The notes under the pieces were generated by a model, which did not search any database, was not told the DNA's origin, and saw nothing but the letters and a program-made list of their open reading frames with translations. Below, in pieces: positions 52,278 to 60,672 of a stretch of DNA of 60,672 nt. Numbering within the stretch: the stretch's first letter is position 1; every line of letters starts with the position of its first letter. The stretch covers positions 1 to 60,672 of the IMG/VR virus record IMGVR_UViG_3300025160_000007. One strand, written 5' to 3'. Position numbers and translations under genes: made by a program. This DNA is from a virus. Its lineage: Duplodnaviria > Caudoviricetes.

Positions 52278-52592
52278 ATGGAGAAGGTTAAACCTTTAGA
52301 CCATAATAAAAGGGTATTTGATATGATTGGCCTATTAAGAAAGAACGGAAGGATGAAGGCCCATGAACTAGCAACAGCCATGGGTTTTAAGAACACCCGG
52401 TCAATTAACAAGTATAAGAACCAGATTGAAAAGATGGGTTTACAAGTTCAGACATTCGGCGGATTCTATGGAGGTTATGAGCTGGTGCAACCAAACAGGC
52501 TGACAGAATATGAATTAAATTTAGTTAAATCTTATTTACCCGCTAACATAACAGACAAGATTAAAAACTTAAATGATGGTGTTTTACTTTAA
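52278..52592 (+). CDS. Winged HTH protein
   Basis: MKAHELATAMG...RSINKYKNQIEKMG...GFYGGYEL. Confidence 0.75.
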   Translation: MEKVKPLDHNKRVFDMIGLLRKNGRMKAHELATAMGFKNTRSINKYKNQIEKMGLQVQTFGGFYGGYELVQPNRLTEYELNLVKSYLPANITDKIKNLNDGVLL

Positions 52593-52945
52593 AATAATAG
52601 GGCTTAAGACGTTTAAAATTTTAATAGTAGTTTTATAGCCTTTTTAGATTCAAAGTGCCGGAAGGATAAACCTGAGCGATATTTTAAATATTATAAGGGG
52701 ATTTTAAGAGGAGGATAACAAATGGATGATAAAAAAAGTAAGAAAGAAATTATAGTTAAGCATAAGCATAATTTTAATTTATTTGGTGTTGTTTTTTTAA
52801 TATTATTAACAACAAAGCTTTTAGGAGTTGCAGATATATCTTGGATATGGGTGTTTTCGCCCTTTATAATTCTATTGGGCCTGATTATATTATTCATAGG
52901 TCTCGCGATTGTAATTGAAATATTAAAGGCATTAGAAGGACTGGA

Positions 52946-53223
52946 ATAAATGCGGGAGAGTATTTAAAAGATAAAAATTGCAGTATTTGCGGAATTTCAA
53001 ATGATGAGCATTTAAAAAAATATAATCAAAGGCTTCATATTCATCATAAAAAAAATACAGGAAGACACTACATAGAGAACGGCAAAAAACCTATCCATGA
53101 TGATTTAGCTATTCTCTGTGTCTCTTGTCATACATCGCATGCCGTAAAAAACAAACAGCATTCTAGTTTTGATAATTCAAAAGCCTTATTAAAAGGCTGG
53201 GAAACGAGGAGGAGTAAAAATGA
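52946..53223 (+). pseudogene. HNH endonuclease-like frame without a canonical start
   Basis: CSIC...LHIHH...LAILCVSCH; in-frame TGA at 52916 and no ATG/GTG/TTG start. Confidence 0.55.
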
Positions 53224-54863
53224 AATTCGAAAAAGTTAAACTAAAAGACTTGATTTTTTCAACTTATAATCCAAGGAAAAAACTAACACCGAAAGACGAC
53301 GAATATAAAAAAATAAAAGCAAGCATTAATGAGTTTGGATATGTTGACCCGATTATTGTTAATTCAAATAACGTAATTGTGGGTGGATTCCAGCGCGGAC
53401 AGGTACTGAAAGAACTGGGATATAAGGAAATAGACATTGTTAGGATTGACATTTCTCCAGAGAAAGAAAAGGCTCTTAATATTGCTCTAAACAAAATAGA
53501 TTGTGGCTATCAAATAAAGGCCCAAATTATCTGGGCCAAACAACACTTCGCGTTGTCGCGTGGCAACTTTAACTGGCAGCATGAACCTTGTCAGCCGGCT
53601 GGAACTATTATATCAACACCAAGTGGGCAGATTCCAATTGAAAAATTAAAAGATGGAGATAGAGTTATAACATATAATAGCTATTCATCTTCAATTATTG
53701 GCAAAAGAAAGGGCTTTAAAATTAAAACAAGTAAAAGATTTTATAATGGTGATATGTTTAATATTTTTGTAGGGAACAAGAATACTAAAACAACAGACAA
53801 CCATAAATTTACAACTAGATTTTCAAATGATTGTGATTCTAAATATGGTATCTATTTAATGAAAAAAGGCGAATGGTGGAGGATTGGAATAACTAAATTG
53901 TTTAATTCTCGTGGTTTTGGCTTAACTGTAAGATTAGGAAACGAAAAAGCAGATGCGGCATGGTTGTTAAAAATTTGCAATAAAAAAAACGAGGCAGAAG
54001 TTTATGAACACATGTTATCTTGCAAGTATGGAATCCCAACAACTATATGGGAACTGGCAAGACCAAGAAAAGGCATTCCAGAAAATTTAAATTGGAGAAG
54101 CGAAGAACAAATAAAGTGGATTTATTCAATGTTGGATTTAGATTTAATGTTTTTAAATGTTTTAAAAATGTTGAAAGATTTTAATAAAAGAATTGAATTT
54201 CCTATGGTAACAAAAGAAGAAACGCAATATAAACCATTTGGAAGAAATAAAACTAAATTAATTAATGCATGTAATTTATTTGAGGATATCATGTGCATAC
54301 CAGTTCCTCATAATAGTGGGGATTCATTTGATTGGATTAAAATTTCAAAAATAAAAATTTCTAAATTTGAAGATTTTGTCTATTCTCTTGATGTTGATAA
54401 ATATGAGCATTATATTGCAGATGGAATTGTTACTCATAACTGTTTATATGTTGTAAAGAATAAAAAGAAACATAACTGGCAGGGAGTTAACAATGCTTCG
54501 ACCATCTGGAATATAAAAAATAACAATAGTTTTGGAAATTCAGATAAGGAACAAACATATGGGCATGGAACACAAAAGCCCATCGAATGTATGTTAAAGC
54601 CTATAAACTATAATTCATGTCCGGGCCAGGCAGTCTATGACCCATTTTTAGGTTCGGGAACTTCTTTAATTGCATCGGAACAGTCGGGCCGAATTTGTTA
54701 TGGCATGGAGATTGATCCCATCTATTGTGATGTAATCTTACAAAGATATATTGATTTTGTAAACAACGATAGTTTATTCTTAATTGAAAATAATAAAAAA
54801 GTTAATCTAAGGGATATCCCTAAATATAAAAAAATAGTTGGTGATGGAAATGCCAAAAAGTAA
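53220..54863 (+). CDS. ParB-like domain fused to a partial DNA methyltransferase, with intein
   Basis: YNPRK...FGYVDPIIV..GGFQR; IIWAK, WQHEP, HGTQKP, DPFLGSGT; no DPPY motif. Confidence 0.85.
   Translation: MKFEKVKLKDLIFSTYNPRKKLTPKDDEYKKIKASINEFGYVDPIIVNSNNVIVGGFQRGQVLKELGYKEIDIVRIDISPEKEKALNIALNKIDCGYQIKAQIIWAKQHFALSRGNFNWQHEPCQPAGTIISTPSGQIPIEKLKDGDRVITYNSYSSSIIGKRKGFKIKTSKRFYNGDMFNIFVGNKNTKTTDNHKFTTRFSNDCDSKYGIYLMKKGEWWRIGITKLFNSRGFGLTVRLGNEKADAAWLLKICNKKNEAEVYEHMLSCKYGIPTTIWELARPRKGIPENLNWRSEEQIKWIYSMLDLDLMFLNVLKMLKDFNKRIEFPMVTKEETQYKPFGRNKTKLINACNLFEDIMCIPVPHNSGDSFDWIKISKIKISKFEDFVYSLDVDKYEHYIADGIVTHNCLYVVKNKKKHNWQGVNNASTIWNIKNNNSFGNSDKEQTYGHGTQKPIECMLKPINYNSCPGQAVYDPFLGSGTSLIASEQSGRICYGMEIDPIYCDVILQRYIDFVNNDSLFLIENNKKVNLRDIPKYKKIVGDGNAKK
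53589..54440 (+). mobile_element. Intein (284 aa) with GIY-YIG-like central domain
   Basis: Starts CQPAGT...IPIEKLKDGDRV; TTDNHKF; YGIYLM...WRIG; ends VYSLDV...YIADGIVTHN then Cys+1. Confidence 0.9.
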
Positions 54864-55422
54864 ATATCCTACGCATATCGAACCAAATTTAAAATTAATA
54901 ACAAGTTGGAGAGAAGCTGGAAAAACGGAAGAGCAAATCGCGGAGAAATTAAAAGTTGCCTGTAGTACTTTAAGGGAACATAAAAACATGTATCCGGCAT
55001 TGATGGCGGCTCTTAGCACCTCAAAGGAAAAATTAGTTGCTAATTTAAAGAAGAGCCTATGGGAAGAGGCTCTTGGTTATGAATATACCGAGGTTCAAGA
55101 ATCGGCAGAAATAATAACAGGCAAAGATGAGGACGATAATCCAAACAAAAAACCTAAAAAGTTACGAAGAACAAAAATAACTAAAAAATTTAGAGGAGTT
55201 CCTAATCTGTTAATTTTTGCATTATGCAACTTAGCACCAGATGAATTTAAAAGAATTGATAAAGAAGCCATGAAAGAGATTGAAGATAAAATAGCCGAAG
55301 ACCGAAGACAGGCGCAAAGTTACACGGATGAAGCTATTCGCAGGGCCTATAATAGCTTATATGAGGACGTGACGAAAACAATTAAAGAGAAAAAGGCGGC
55401 GGCCGATAATGATTCAACTTGA
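54838..55422 (+). CDS. Terminase small subunit (HTH type)
   Basis: GKTEEQIAEKLKVACSTL, ALGYEYTE, IFALCN; overlaps the large subunit start. Confidence 0.7.
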   Translation: MVMEMPKSKYPTHIEPNLKLITSWREAGKTEEQIAEKLKVACSTLREHKNMYPALMAALSTSKEKLVANLKKSLWEEALGYEYTEVQESAEIITGKDEDDNPNKKPKKLRRTKITKKFRGVPNLLIFALCNLAPDEFKRIDKEAMKEIEDKIAEDRRQAQSYTDEAIRRAYNSLYEDVTKTIKEKKAAADNDST

Positions 55423-56782
55423 GCGAGCGTTAAATGTTAGGGACGTCGGGTATACCTTCGAAAAGATAGCACCAAAAACAAAAGAGCATCTCGCGGTTTA
55501 TTGCTCTGTTGTTTTAAATAATAGGTTCCCTCATCCAGCCTATTGCCCTGACCATGATTCCCCTTTGGATGCAATTTGGGCAGCCTATGCGGAAATTGAA
55601 GATTTTAGTATTTGGTATGCCATGAGAGGCTCGGGGAAAACATATGACCTCTCTATTTTGGCATGGCTTGAAAGTCTTTTTAAACCGCAGTGTGGAACGA
55701 CGGTTCTAGGAGGCTCGCTTGAACAAAGTACAAAAGCCGTGGGCTATTTAGATTATTTATGGAGAATGCCAGGCGTCCCGCATGAGATGTTAATAAATGG
55801 GAGTGTTGCTGGAAGAGGCTTTAAACTTAATAATGGCTCATGGGTTCAGGCTTTGGCAGCCTCTCCAAAATCTGTCAGAGGCCCTCATCCACAAAAGTTG
55901 CGTTTAGACGAACTCGACGAAATGGACAGGGTTATTTATGACGCGGCTCTGGGCCAGCCAAAGTCGAACCATGGAATAAAGGATAATGTAGTTATATCTT
56001 CAACGCTTCATCATGCCTTTGGATTAATGACAGAAGTTATAGATGAACGGGAAAAAATCGGAGCCCGCCTTTACAAATGGTGTGTTGAAGAGGTTCGGGA
56101 ACCTCGCGGATTTTGGACAAATGATGAAATTGGAAGAAAACTAAAACAATTAACAACGGCCATGTGGGATTCGGAGTACTTATTAAAAAGACCAATGGTT
56201 GGAGACACTGTCTTTGATTTTGAGTCTGTTGATAGGGCATATAGAAGAGGATTTAATATCTTATTTGAAAAATATCCGGCCGAAGGATGTATTGACTGGG
56301 GATATACGTGCACAGTTTTACACGTTATCCAGGATTTTAAAGAATATATAAATGTCCCTGAGTCTTATTCATGGGAATATACCGAGTTAACAGAAAGATG
56401 TAAATTAATTGTTGATATTTGCATTGAAAAAAATATAAGAGTTATATATTGTGACTCTAATCCAAAGGATAGCCACATGACCTTAAGAAAGATAATAAAA
56501 AAGAAAAGGGCTCCAGTTACCGTCATTCCCATTGCTTTTAATGTATGGAAAGACATCGCGATTAATGTTGTTAGATTCTATCTTGAAAGGGATTTAATGA
56601 ACATAAGAGACAAGGTATTCCAAGACAAGATGAAAAAGTACCATTATAAAAACGTTGATTTAGAGATAATAGATAAGGTTGATGACCATTATCCCGATGC
56701 TTTAATTGCTTGGGGAGCATCTAGATGGAGAATCCTTGGAGACATAACTCCACCAAGGAATGCCGAAGAGTTAAACGGTTAA
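55409..56782 (+). CDS. terL: Terminase large subunit
   Basis: RGSGKT Walker A, RG...LDE Walker B, SST, IDWG, DDHYPDAL. Confidence 0.9.
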   Translation: MIQLERALNVRDVGYTFEKIAPKTKEHLAVYCSVVLNNRFPHPAYCPDHDSPLDAIWAAYAEIEDFSIWYAMRGSGKTYDLSILAWLESLFKPQCGTTVLGGSLEQSTKAVGYLDYLWRMPGVPHEMLINGSVAGRGFKLNNGSWVQALAASPKSVRGPHPQKLRLDELDEMDRVIYDAALGQPKSNHGIKDNVVISSTLHHAFGLMTEVIDEREKIGARLYKWCVEEVREPRGFWTNDEIGRKLKQLTTAMWDSEYLLKRPMVGDTVFDFESVDRAYRRGFNILFEKYPAEGCIDWGYTCTVLHVIQDFKEYINVPESYSWEYTELTERCKLIVDICIEKNIRVIYCDSNPKDSHMTLRKIIKKKRAPVTVIPIAFNVWKDIAINVVRFYLERDLMNIRDKVFQDKMKKYHYKNVDLEIIDKVDDHYPDALIAWGASRWRILGDITPPRNAEELNG

Positions 56783-56808
56783 GGGAAACATCAAGAGTTT
56801 ATCCTTAA

Positions 56809-56930
56809 TTGATTATTATCTTTTTTGTGTTATAATTAACTAAGTTGTTTTTTTGATATATTCATGATTTATTTTGTTGATTGTTTACTTGGGGAAGTGG
56901 CGCGTGACACCATACACGCGCCATTCCTTT
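56809..56930 (+). ncRNA. Candidate small RNA unit (promoter, ~50-nt U-rich segment, GC hairpin)
   Basis: TTGATT-16-(TG)TATAAT; hairpin 56892-56929. Confidence 0.45.
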
Positions 56931-56965
56931 GTTATAAAGGGTTTATGTATATGATAAAAAAAACC

Positions 56966-56994
56966 TTGACGGATAAAAAGTATTTTGTTATAAT
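56966..56994 (+). promoter_or_regulatory. sigmaA promoter with extended -10
   Basis: TTGACG-17-TATAAT with TG. Confidence 0.85.
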
Positions 56995-57001
56995 CGTTCT
57001 T

Positions 57002-57153
57002 GCATGGTAGTTTTTCAAGTTTTAGAACCTTCAACAAATTTGTTACGCCGCACTTTTGAAATGCATTCCGGCCATTTCAAAAGTGCGGTGGGTAACTGCA
57101 TAAAGACCTATAAATATTCGAGCCGGAAATCTAGGATATTTATAGGTCTTTTT
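57002..57153 (+). ncRNA. Candidate antisense RNA: bipartite 5' segment plus kissing-loop double hairpin (copy B)
   Basis: CATGGTAGT + ACCTTCAACAAATTT match 3879-3901 and 46411-46434; stems 57048-63/57073-88 and 57102-19/57134-51; loops TTCCGGC/GCCGGAA. Confidence 0.65.
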
Positions 57154-57179
57154 AATATAAAAGAATGGAGAAATAAATT

Positions 57180-57665
57180 ATGAATAATTTTGAATTTAAA
57201 CACAATGGGGAAAGTTTGTGGTACTCTAGGGCTGTGGCGGTTGTTGGCCTTATTTTAGCTCACGACTATATTTGGGATTGGTATGTATTGGCAAATAAAA
57301 GAGGTAAAAATACTCCTGATTTTCAGGGATATTGGAGCCTTCCATGTGGTTACTTGGATTTTAACGAGACGTGTGAAGAGGCAATTATTAGAGAGATTTT
57401 TGAAGAGACTGGCCTTAAGATTCAAAAGGACAGGTATTTGGATTTAATTGGTGTGGATAGCATCCCTGTCGGAAAGCAAAACGTAACGATTCGATTTAAA
57501 TGTAATATGATGGAGGATATAACTGCTTTAAAATTAACCAACAAAAATGCAGATGACGGCGAAGTTGATGAAGCTAAGTGGATAAACTTAAGAGATGTTA
57601 AGTCTTTTAGATGGGCCTTTAATCACTTAGAACTTATCTCTACTTATTGGGAATCAGATTTATAA
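57180..57665 (+). CDS. Nudix hydrolase
   Basis: LPCGYLDFNETCEEAIIREIFEETGL Nudix box; AFNH. Confidence 0.9.
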   Translation: MNNFEFKHNGESLWYSRAVAVVGLILAHDYIWDWYVLANKRGKNTPDFQGYWSLPCGYLDFNETCEEAIIREIFEETGLKIQKDRYLDLIGVDSIPVGKQNVTIRFKCNMMEDITALKLTNKNADDGEVDEAKWINLRDVKSFRWAFNHLELISTYWESDL

Positions 57666-57873
57666 TTTTAATTTATAGGAAGGGTGGTATAACTATGGCG
57701 GATAAGATAATAATAAATAATAGCAGGCCTGGTTCACAGATAAATATTGTTTCGGGAAATGCTAAAATAAATGCAAGTCAAACAATAATTACTAGCAAGA
57801 ATGAAACAACTATAGTGAATAATAAAGATGTCAAAAAATAAATGGAATTATTAAATTTAAGGAGTTGATATAA

Positions 57874-59367
57874 TTGTTTTTACAAGAAAACTCAAACTTT
57901 CCACCTGACGACTGGACATATTGGTATGATAAATATGACGAATATTGCAGCTGGTATTCGGGCGACCCGAACGAATTATTAAGATTTTATTCTACAAAAA
58001 AGCCGATAATTTATTCTCAGAACATATTTTGGCAAAAAATAAGAGAGACTGAGGACGACAATGCTATTCATATGCCAGCCGCTGGAGATATTTCTGCAAT
58101 GTCATCTAATTTATTGTTTTCTGAAAAACCAGAATTTAACTTTGAGAAAAAAACTGTTGGAGGCGAACGGCTGAGTCTATTCATAGAAGATAATAGTTTT
58201 TATAGTTTGCTATTAGAGGCTGCGGAAATGGCTGCCGCCTTGAGTGGAGTCTTCTTAAAGTTGGAAATAGACACCCGGTTATCAAAGACTCCAATAATTA
58301 GCGTTATAACTCCTCTCGCGGCTTTCCCGACATTTATAAGGGGAAGGCTGTGGGAAGTTTTATTTTATAGGGAAGTTAAAACAGAAAAAGGCGGGACGGT
58401 TGTATATAGGCTCTTTGAAAATAGAAAGAGAACTGCAGACGGATTTACAATTGAATACAAACTTTATAAGGGAACGAAGGACAAAACTGGAAAAGTTATA
58501 GATATTAATGCCATTGAAGAAACGGCTTCATTGGGATTAATTGATGTTGTTTATAATAAGGTTGATGGGCTTGGAGTTGTTTATGTTCCCAATATGCGGC
58601 CCAATAGATTACAACCGGGTTCCCCTCTTGGGATAAATGATTATGCCGGAGTAATTGGCATGATGGATTCCCTTGATTTATCTTATAGCTCATGGATTAG
58701 AGACATTGAGCTGGGGATGGGACAGATTTTTGTTGATGAAGAATTGCTTCAGAGAGAGGAGACTTCAATTTTTGGAACAGAAAAAAGTGTGTTAAACAAA
58801 TTTTCTAAATTCCAAAAATGCTTCATGAAGTTGAATCTTTCAAGCCAAAGAATGTCTGGAACAAATACAAAGCCAATTGAAAGCGTTCAATTCGAAATGA
58901 GGACAGATGAACATTTAAGAACCTGCGAATATCTATTTAGTCAAATCGTATCACAGTGCGGATATTCGCCATCAGGCTTTGGCCTTGACACCGATGGGAA
59001 CGCCGAAAGTGGCAGGGCCTTAAGAATGAAAGAAAGAAAAAGTTTATTAACCCGGGAAAAGAAATCAAGTTATTGGCTGCAGGCAATAAACAAACTTTTT
59101 ATGCAGGTTCAGCAACTAGACAATGCTGCTTTTACAATTTTTTATAATTTAGAGGATGTAAAAACAGAGCTGCAGGATTCAATTATTGTCGACTCGGGCG
59201 AGTTATCCGAAACAATAAGAAATCTAGACCAAGCAATGGCAATCTCGACGCTTCTAAAGGTTAAAATGCAACATCCAGATTGGACAGATGAAGATGTCGA
59301 TGCCGAGGTAAAAAGAATAAACGATGAAAAAGGCGTTGAGAAAAGCGTCTTTGACATAGAAACTTAA
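57874..59367 (+). CDS. Portal protein (SPP1/A118-like)
   Basis: Between terminase and minor capsid; YVPN, LGINDY, GYSPSGFG, HPDWTDEDVDAEVKRI. Confidence 0.88.
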   Translation: MFLQENSNFPPDDWTYWYDKYDEYCSWYSGDPNELLRFYSTKKPIIYSQNIFWQKIRETEDDNAIHMPAAGDISAMSSNLLFSEKPEFNFEKKTVGGERLSLFIEDNSFYSLLLEAAEMAAALSGVFLKLEIDTRLSKTPIISVITPLAAFPTFIRGRLWEVLFYREVKTEKGGTVVYRLFENRKRTADGFTIEYKLYKGTKDKTGKVIDINAIEETASLGLIDVVYNKVDGLGVVYVPNMRPNRLQPGSPLGINDYAGVIGMMDSLDLSYSSWIRDIELGMGQIFVDEELLQREETSIFGTEKSVLNKFSKFQKCFMKLNLSSQRMSGTNTKPIESVQFEMRTDEHLRTCEYLFSQIVSQCGYSPSGFGLDTDGNAESGRALRMKERKSLLTREKKSSYWLQAINKLFMQVQQLDNAAFTIFYNLEDVKTELQDSIIVDSGELSETIRNLDQAMAISTLLKVKMQHPDWTDEDVDAEVKRINDEKGVEKSVFDIET

Positions 59368-59381
59368 AAAAACTAAGGGAG

Positions 59382-59810
59382 ATGAAAGATATGAAAAAAG
59401 AAGATTCCAAAAAAATGGAATGGGAATCGGTTAATGAATATCAATATAGAATGAAAGTGCATGATGTTATAACAAGGGTTTCTCTGGCCTTGGGAAGTTT
59501 AGAAGGATTAAAAACAGATTTTAATTTTAACTGCGCAGGGCTCCAAGAGTCTATTAAAAAAGCATTAAACGAAATAAGGTCAATACCGGTGCCAGAGATT
59601 TATACCGAATCGCATAAGGTTATTCTTAATTGTATAAAATCGTATAGGCGGGCCATGGATTTATTAATTGATGGGATAGCAAAGAAGGACGCTCCAACAA
59701 CATACAAAGCCGGACGGTATATCCACGAAGGAAATGCCTGGATGGTAATTGCAAAGACTAGAATTTGGGAAGAGGTCGAAAAGAAAGAAGGAGAAAGAAA
59801 ACCTAAATAA
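59382..59810 (+). CDS. Hypothetical protein
   Basis: ORF with SD between portal and minor capsid. Confidence 0.65.
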   Translation: MKDMKKEDSKKMEWESVNEYQYRMKVHDVITRVSLALGSLEGLKTDFNFNCAGLQESIKKALNEIRSIPVPEIYTESHKVILNCIKSYRRAMDLLIDGIAKKDAPTTYKAGRYIHEGNAWMVIAKTRIWEEVEKKEGERKPK

Positions 59811-59829
59811 CTTTTAAAGGATTGGTAAA

Positions 59830-60672
59830 ATGATAAATCAGGGAACTTATGAAAATCTAAGTTATGACTTAGAAATCGCGGCAGAACAGGCCGTGTATGA
59901 TATCGGGATGGCTCTTGTTGCTTTAAATAAGGCACTTATAAGAGACCATAATAATGTGTCTAAAGCAAGGGCCATCTTTCAATTAAAAGTAAATAGAATT
60001 GCTAAAGAATTTAAGAAAGCTGCTGATAAGTTTTCCAATAATAGTATGTCCGATGCTTATATTCTAGGAATAAGAAGCTCGGATGCCGAATTAAGAGCTG
60101 CAGGTAAAAAGGGCCTCGCAACAAACAAAATCGTTCGCGGGAGTTCTCTTATTAGAAATCCACCAATGGCTCCAATTCCAGAAATACCTGGCCAAATATT
60201 ATTGAAGTTCAAGGGATTTGAATCCCATACACAGTTTTTTGGAGTATTTAGGTCGGCAGCTTACTATTCCCTTGAAGATAAACCTTTTCAAATAATGCGA
60301 AAAGCAGATGATATCTTTAGGAAAATAGCCGTTCAAGTTGGAGAACAGAGTTTTAAAGAGGGAGACATTATTACTAGAAGGCAAATATCTCAAAAGTTAC
60401 TTGATGGATATGCAAAGGCAGGGCTTCAAAGTATAACATATAAAAACGGAGCCCGGCATTCCTTGGATACCTATTGTGAAATGTTAGGGAGAACAATGAC
60501 CGGGAGATGTGCTGTCCAGGCATCCTTAAATAGATTCGTTGAAAGAGGTTATAGCCTGGGTATAATTTCGGCACATTTTAGAAGTTGCGATTTATGTTCC
60601 CCATATGAAGGAACTATTGTTTCCCTAGATGGGAAAGACAATAGATATCCAACAATCTGGGATGCTGAGACT
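59830..60672 (+). CDS. Phage minor capsid protein, N-terminal part (continues across the join into 1-1482)
   Basis: ATG at 59830 opens a frame (MINQGTY...GARHSLDTYCEMLGRT...SAHFRSCDLCSPYEG) in frame with base 1; two genes downstream of portal; absent from the ORF track because it lacks a stop in the window. Confidence 0.85.
   Translation, partial: MINQGTYENLSYDLEIAAEQAVYDIGMALVALNKALIRDHNNVSKARAIFQLKVNRIAKEFKKAADKFSNNSMSDAYILGIRSSDAELRAAGKKGLATNKIVRGSSLIRNPPMAPIPEIPGQILLKFKGFESHTQFFGVFRSAAYYSLEDKPFQIMRKADDIFRKIAVQVGEQSFKEGDIITRRQISQKLLDGYAKAGLQSITYKNGARHSLDTYCEMLGRTMTGRCAVQASLNRFVERGYSLGIISAHFRSCDLCSPYEGTIVSLDGKDNRYPTIWDAET
60574..60672. repeat. 99-bp direct terminal repeat (copy 2)
   Basis: Identical to 1-99. 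Confidence 0.95.

Noticed and set aside
60574-60672. Terminal repeat as a biological DTR
   Set aside because: It is exactly 99 bp, a common assembler k-mer length, and lies mid-gene, so an assembly overlap of a circular or permuted genome is more likely

Overview
The window looks like one complete, circular genome of a tailed siphovirus-type phage (60,573 bp unique; bases 1-99 are repeated at 60574-60672). It is AT-rich, with sigmaA-type promoters and GGAGG ribosome-binding sites, which suggests a Firmicutes host, probably clostridial. It encodes terminase, portal, an intein-containing minor capsid protein spanning the contig join, scaffold, major capsid, head-tail proteins, a tail with a -1 frameshift chaperone, tape measure and an amidase. 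Replication and recombination genes include a Toprim primase, VapE/VirE ATPase, RecD2-like helicase, RecT/Bet, ERCC4 nuclease and Gam-like proteins. I found no integrase, DNA polymerase, CRISPR array or canonical tRNA. Highlights: (1) an apparent non-coding RNA layer: two kissing-loop double-hairpin elements with compensatory base changes, one with a 5' bipartite antisense segment matching the SD/start of two distant phage genes; further promoter-short RNA-hairpin units; and a truncated tRNA-like element; (2) a ~9 kb glycan cluster in the head region (pseudaminic-acid-type pathway, CDP-ribitol-type pair, two transferase-like genes); (3) a processive GT2 paired with a tiny LPQTG membrane peptide; (4) a five-promoter GTAWTAC regulon; (5) two inteins, one in a methyltransferase lacking its catalytic motif. 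All calls come from reading motifs by eye; no database searches were run.
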